A stretch of 38,161 nucleotides of DNA from a candidate division NPL-UPA2 bacterium Unc8 (lineage in GTDB: Bacteria; NPL-UPA2): positions 1 through 38,161 of the forward strand of contig NDHY01000007.1 of the NCBI GenBank assembly GCA_003574845.1, written 5' to 3'. The position numbers were made by a program, and so were the translations under genes. Below are positions 33,721 to 38,161 of this stretch, piece by piece; position 1 is the stretch's first letter; the number at the start of each line of letters is the position of its first letter. The notes beneath the pieces are model-generated. The model ran no database searches. It was not told where the DNA came from and worked only from the letters and a program-made list of their open reading frames with translations.

Positions 33721-33777
33721 GGTAGCCGCAACCTTTAGGTTGCGTTACTTCGGCGCAGGCTGAAGCCTGCGACTACC
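33721..33777. repeat. Inverted pair of GTAG-family REP elements
   Basis: GGTAG-c-CGCAACC-TTTA-GGTTGCG ... CGCAGGC-TGAA-GCCTGCG-a-CTACC. Confidence 0.8.
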
Positions 33778-33817
33778 AAGAATAACGTGTTCACTGAATA
33801 CTTACGAGAGAGATGAA

Positions 33818-33897
33818 ATTAGAAATTAGTAATTAGTGATTGGTGACCATTGACCATAGACCATTGACCATAGACTACAGACCATTGACCATAGATC
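33818..33897. repeat. Inverted heptamer array (ATTRGWR-like)4 facing (ACCATWG)7
   Basis: attagaa attagta attagtg attggtg | accattg accatag accattg accatag actacag accattg accatag; abuts the radical SAM stop. Confidence 0.9.
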
Positions 33898-34876
33898 ATA
33901 GATGAACTAATTTCTTCGGTTGCAGAATGCTTTCCCGGAGTTCTGAGGGGGCATCAAGTACAAGATCTATTCTCTCCAGTATTTGCTTCTTGCCCTCTGG
34001 AAGTTTGCCATCAATGGGGAGATAGTTTGATATATGGTCACTAACAACTTCTGAGCTTACTTTTAGAAGTTCAATCAGCAATCTTTCCTCGCGCAATATT
34101 CCCTCGGGAGAGAGTGGTTTAAATTCTCCTTGTTCCATCATCTCTCCGAGAGGTGTGCATGGTAGCACTATTAGAGTGCGTATGCGGATGAAATCCGGGT
34201 CTATGGCATTGAGTACTTTAGCTGTTCCCTCGGCATGCTCCTTCCAGCGCTCTTCCCCGCCAAGTCCCAGGATGACATACTCCGAGAGGGATATTCCTGC
34301 CTTCTTAATCTTCCTGCCGGCTTCAATCATCTCCGCGGCCGTTGTGCCCTTATTGATATGCTGCAGAAGTTCATCATCCCCGGTTTCCAAGCCAAGGTGG
34401 AGTCGTGAAAGTCCTGCCTGCTGAAGCCTTTTCAGTTCACCTGATGTTTTCTTGAGAATCGTCTTGGCCCGGGCGTAACTGGTCACCCTTTCCAGTGCGG
34501 GAAATTCCTGATATAGAAACTCAATCACCTTTACCAGAGCATCGGTCTTCATAATAAGACTGTTAGCATCGCCGATAAAGGCGGTCTTGACCCCATCATT
34601 AGTAAGCCATGGTATGCCATTATGCACTGCCGCCTGTTCAATGTGGTTCTGATAACCGTTCTTGCCAGCCCACTCGATTATTTCCTGAGCCACAAACTTC
34701 ATGGCCAGTATATCCTGCTTGATGTCCTCTAACTGCCTTAGCTGAAACTTTTCCCGATTGTAGGGCAGGGCGTAACAGAAAGCACACTTGCTCCAGGGGC
34801 AATTTCTTGTTGCCCGAACCAACAGCGAGCGAGCTTCGTTAGGTGGTCTGATAGGGGTAAGTTCGTATCTGTTCAT
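33896..34876 (-). CDS. Radical SAM protein
   Basis: CPWSKCAFC (CxxxCxxC), HLGLETG, SDHISN. Confidence 0.9.
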   Translation of the reverse strand: MNRYELTPIRPPNEARSLLVRATRNCPWSKCAFCYALPYNREKFQLRQLEDIKQDILAMKFVAQEIIEWAGKNGYQNHIEQAAVHNGIPWLTNDGVKTAFIGDANSLIMKTDALVKVIEFLYQEFPALERVTSYARAKTILKKTSGELKRLQQAGLSRLHLGLETGDDELLQHINKGTTAAEMIEAGRKIKKAGISLSEYVILGLGGEERWKEHAEGTAKVLNAIDPDFIRIRTLIVLPCTPLGEMMEQGEFKPLSPEGILREERLLIELLKVSSEVVSDHISNYLPIDGKLPEGKKQILERIDLVLDAPSELRESILQPKKLVHL

Positions 34877-34889
34877 CTTGTTTGCTCCG

Positions 34890-35486
34890 TTAGGCAGGCT
34901 CTAACAGGGTAAAGATAATGGCTACCTCCATTGTGAGAGTAGAACGGTTGAACTTTTCTGGAATTGGCTTAAAAGGAGTAGCCCTGTTTACTACTGAGAC
35001 TGCTTCATTGTCAAGAATGTCAAATCCTGATGATTGAATAATTTTAACATCCCGTGCCTGACCATCAGACAAAACTATAAAGGAAAGATATACTGTTCCT
35101 TCAAATCTTTGCCTCTTCGCCCAATCAGGATATCTGAGATGAGATTCAATCTTTTGCTTTACCATATCCTGGTAACGCAACATTGCCTCATCAATAAGTT
35201 CACCGGTGTACTCGTGCATCATGGCATCAGTTACATCTTCACTGCCATTCTGGTGCTCTTGTGCTCTTGTGCTCTTGTGCTCTACCTTCGGTAGTTTTTT
35301 CTCTTCTCCTACTACATCTATCGCAGGCAGAAACGGTGGTATTTCTATCTCAATGTGAATAGATATTTTTTCGGGTTCCTCGGGTTGAGAGACACTTAAA
35401 TTAAATCCGGGTATTCCGAAAAATAGCAAGAGGTGTCCTGCTAAAGAAATAAAAAATGCTGTTTTTATTGTCTTATCTTCTCGCAT
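34890..35486 (-). CDS. TonB-family energy transducer
   Basis: N-terminal TM helix with SxxxH, YPDWAKRQRFEG, SSG..LDNEA TonB C-domain. Confidence 0.85.
   Translation of the reverse strand: MREDKTIKTAFFISLAGHLLLFFGIPGFNLSVSQPEEPEKISIHIEIEIPPFLPAIDVVGEEKKLPKVEHKSTRAQEHQNGSEDVTDAMMHEYTGELIDEAMLRYQDMVKQKIESHLRYPDWAKRQRFEGTVYLSFIVLSDGQARDVKIIQSSGFDILDNEAVSVVNRATPFKPIPEKFNRSTLTMEVAIIFTLLEPA
35253..35283. repeat. Octamer array (GTGCTCTT) x~4 inside the tonB coding sequence
   Basis: Translates as EHKSTRAQEH in the TonB linker. Confidence 0.85.
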
Positions 35487-35487
35487 T

Positions 35488-35910
35488 TTACTGGTGCTCT
35501 ATGATACCCTGATGCACTATTTTAGTTGAAATCACCAGCTCTTCGGCATTTGCCTGTTTAGCAATATCCATTATTTTCACTGCTAAGCCAAGATTAATCT
35601 TCTCGTCAGCCTTTAGAATTACTGTCTTTTTGGAGCTGAGTTCTAATTTCTCTTCTAAAGAGTCTTTCAGTTCACTAATATCAATCCACTTATCATTAAG
35701 AAAAATTTCATTCTCCTTAGTTATAGATATGATTATGTCTTCTGCTTCTCGGGGCTCGGCAGCCTTTGCAGTAGGTAAGGTTATCTCTATGCCCGGCTGC
35801 ACTATGAAGTGAGCGGTAAGCATAAAGAAGATAAGGAGTAAGAAGACTATATCTATTAAAGGCGCAATATCCAAATGCATTCTTATCTTTTTTCTTTCTT
35901 CAAATTCCAT
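35488..35910 (-). CDS. exbD: Biopolymer transport protein ExbD
   Basis: PLIDIVFLLLIFFML, LKAD. Confidence 0.9.
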   Translation of the reverse strand: MEFEERKKIRMHLDIAPLIDIVFLLLIFFMLTAHFIVQPGIEITLPTAKAAEPREAEDIIISITKENEIFLNDKWIDISELKDSLEEKLELSSKKTVILKADEKINLGLAVKIMDIAKQANAEELVISTKIVHQGIIEHQ

Positions 35911-36562
35911 ATTCTACATCCTCTGGAGATTGTCCACTTTTTCTTTCCACATCTGGACTTTTAATTCTTAGCCACTCCATTAATGCCTCGGCGGCATCTT
36001 TCATCTGAGAAGAGAAATTATCTATTTTACCCTCAAAATAATGATAAAAGACAATTGTCGGAATAGCTACAGATAACCCGGCGGCAGTAGTCATCAATGC
36101 CTCCCAGATACCGCCGGCTAAAACTGAAGCATCAACCCTTCCGCCTAATTCCTGAATCTTCATAAAAGCTCTTATCATCCCGGTAACAGTACCCAAAAGT
36201 CCCAAAAGAGGTGAAATATGAGCAATAATCCCTAAGCCTCTTAAGTTTTTCTCCAATCTTCTTAACTCTCCTGAACCAGCCCTGGCGATTACTTTCTCTT
36301 TCTCTTCAGATGAGCGATCGCGTATATGAATCCCTATGGCTAAAATATGAGCAACCGGCCCAGGCAATCCTTCACACAGTTTTTCTGCTTCATGGAACTT
36401 ATCTTCTAATAACAATTTCTTTACCCGGGATAACAAATTTGGCAGATTACCCCTTAGCCGATGAAAATGATACAACCGTTCTAATGTGATAGTAATGGCT
36501 ATTACTGAGCATAAAAGAATTGGCCACATTAGAGGGCCACCTTTTAAGAAAAATTCAAGCAT
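35900..36562 (-). CDS. exbB: MotA/TolQ/ExbB proton channel protein
   Basis: PLLGLLGTVTGMI, GIWEALMTTAAGL; ATG 36562 with GGAGG SD. Confidence 0.88.
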   Translation of the reverse strand: MLEFFLKGGPLMWPILLCSVIAITITLERLYHFHRLRGNLPNLLSRVKKLLLEDKFHEAEKLCEGLPGPVAHILAIGIHIRDRSSEEKEKVIARAGSGELRRLEKNLRGLGIIAHISPLLGLLGTVTGMIRAFMKIQELGGRVDASVLAGGIWEALMTTAAGLSVAIPTIVFYHYFEGKIDNFSSQMKDAAEALMEWLRIKSPDVERKSGQSPEDVEYGI

Positions 36563-36612
36563 AAAAACCTCCATTTTCTAATTTATTCTCTTAATACTTT
36601 GGAAATCTTCTA

Positions 36613-36642
36613 ATTATATCCATAATCAATTCTGCTCGTCAA
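36613..36642 (-). promoter_or_regulatory. Candidate promoter for exbB-exbD-tonB
   Basis: TTGACG-18 nt-TATAAT. Confidence 0.6.
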
Positions 36643-36658
36643 TTAGTACTAACAAATT

Positions 36659-38052
36659 GGTAATATAAAATAAAGTGTGTAAATTCAGGTTTGAAAAGGC
36701 TTGAGATAAGATAAAAAAGGGTGTACCTTTTCTCCCAGAAAGAAGGGTTGGGCAATAATGCTCGCCCAAAGGAGAAAGGAGGTACACCCAATGGAAATAG
36801 TGCAGAGTAGGCAACTAAGGCCTGAGGAAATATTAAAGGAATGGTGGGGAGAAATCAAGGAAAATCGTGAGGAGGATTTCTGGGTCAACACCAGGACATA
36901 TATGAAGCAGGCACTTAAGAGGTTGATGGAATCAACGATGAGAGGGGAAGTGGAAGCTTACACTCATTCTCGGTGGCATGAGAGAAATGAGAACAAGATA
37001 GACTACCGTAATGGGTTCCGATACCGACGTTTTCTCACTCATGAAGGACCTATTGAAGATTTAAAGGTGCCCCGATTAAGGAAGGGAAAATTCCAGACCA
37101 GGGTATTCAAGAACTACCAGGCGCGGCAGAAGGCAGTAGATCAGGCTATCAGAGATGTGTTTATCTGCGGGGTAAGCACCAGAAGAGTTGGAGAAGCCTT
37201 AAGTGCTCTTCTGGATGCTCCAGTAAGTGCTGGTACAGTATCTAATGTCACCAAGGCATTGGATAAGGAGGTTAAGAAGTTTCACCGGCAGAAATTAACT
37301 GATGAGTACCAATATCTAATTCTGGATGGGATACATCTGAAGATAAAAGGCGTTCTTAAAGGGAAGAAGAAAGTAATTTTAGTAGCTTATGGGATAACGG
37401 TGATGGGCCAACGCAGACTAATAGGATTCCGGGTAGTAGGGGTAGAATCTGAGGTCAAGTGGGAACAGTTTCTGACGGATCTCTACAACAGGGGATTAGA
37501 TGGTAAAGAGCTCAAATTAATCACCACCGATGGCTGTAAAGGGTTACATAAAGCCTTAGAGACAGTATATCCAGAAGTTCCTCGTCAGGCCTGCTGGGTG
37601 CACAAGTTAAGGAACGTATCTAACTATCTACCGAAGAAGTATCAGAAGGAGTGTACCAAAGAAGCAGGCAAGATTTATCTGGCAGATAATAAGAAAGAAG
37701 CCGTGAGAATTTACAAATCCTGGGCGAAGAAGTGGATAGAGATAAAGCCAGAGGCGGTAAGATGCATAGAGAGAGAATTAGATGAACTGTTAGCTTTCCT
37801 GGATTGTCCTAAAGAGCATAGAGTTAAGATAAGGACAACGAATGTAGTAGAGAGGTCTTTCCGAGAGGTAAGGCGACGGGTAAGAACCATGAATTGTTTC
37901 ACTAACCAGGCCAGTTGTGAGAGGATAATCTACTGTATCTTTAATCATCTGAATAATCACTGGGGAGCTCGGCTCCTAAAAGATTTCAATCAGTTTAAGA
38001 TTAATGGAGAAAGGTGCACTTTATGAATTTACACACTTTCCTTGACGTTACC
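36659..38052 (+). mobile_element. IS256-family insertion sequence
   Basis: 29-bp imperfect terminal IRs GGTAATATAAAATAAAGTGTGTAAATTCA (36659-36687) and GGTAACGTCAAGGAAAGTGTGTAAATTCA (reverse complement of 38024-38052). Confidence 0.92.
36791..38026 (+). CDS. IS256-family DDE transposase
   Basis: RNGFR, VPRLR, GVSTRRV, LDG/TDG, CWVH, TTNVVER; AAGGAGG SD before ATG 36791. Confidence 0.95.
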   Translation: MEIVQSRQLRPEEILKEWWGEIKENREEDFWVNTRTYMKQALKRLMESTMRGEVEAYTHSRWHERNENKIDYRNGFRYRRFLTHEGPIEDLKVPRLRKGKFQTRVFKNYQARQKAVDQAIRDVFICGVSTRRVGEALSALLDAPVSAGTVSNVTKALDKEVKKFHRQKLTDEYQYLILDGIHLKIKGVLKGKKKVILVAYGITVMGQRRLIGFRVVGVESEVKWEQFLTDLYNRGLDGKELKLITTDGCKGLHKALETVYPEVPRQACWVHKLRNVSNYLPKKYQKECTKEAGKIYLADNKKEAVRIYKSWAKKWIEIKPEAVRCIERELDELLAFLDCPKEHRVKIRTTNVVERSFREVRRRVRTMNCFTNQASCERIIYCIFNHLNNHWGARLLKDFNQFKINGERCTL

Positions 38053-38161
38053 GACAAAAATTTGTCAAAACAAATTTAAAATTAATTCAAAAATATAATC
38101 TTTATTAATAAAAAAAATTAAAAAAAATATAAATAAAAAAATTATATCATTGAATTATAAA

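Noticed and set aside
38083-38161. Replication origin in the AT-rich tail
   Set aside because: No DnaA boxes seen and the region is truncated by the window edge.

Overview
Chromosomal window from a bacterium, probably diderm because it encodes ExbB/ExbD/TonB. It is mostly housekeeping genes. The + strand block is xerC-(enoyl-CoA hydratase)-hslVU-rpsB-tsf-pyrH-frr-uppS-dxr-rseP-ligA. Next come an MNT-HEPN toxin-antitoxin pair and a carbohydrate cluster (YdjC deacetylase, GH38 alpha-mannosidase, phosphohexomutase). A long - strand block follows: rpsF-ssb-rpsR-rplI-dnaB-radA-PIN/TRAM-alr-ilvBNC-leuA-[40-aa ORF]-DRE-TIM synthase-purA. The window ends with an SDR, a radical SAM gene, exbB-exbD-tonB and an intact IS256-family element. 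No rRNA, tRNA or CRISPR array was seen. Two things stand out. (1) An unannotated 40-aa highly basic ORF (21207-21329, -) has a perfect Shine-Dalgarno and is followed by about 160 nt of strand-specific RNA structure. (2) A pervasive set of 7-mer and 8-mer tandem arrays, inverted-array hairpins, REP-like palindromes and nested mini-palindromes sits at gene junctions, often right after stop codons, and twice invades coding sequence. Product calls come from motif recognition only; no database searches were run.
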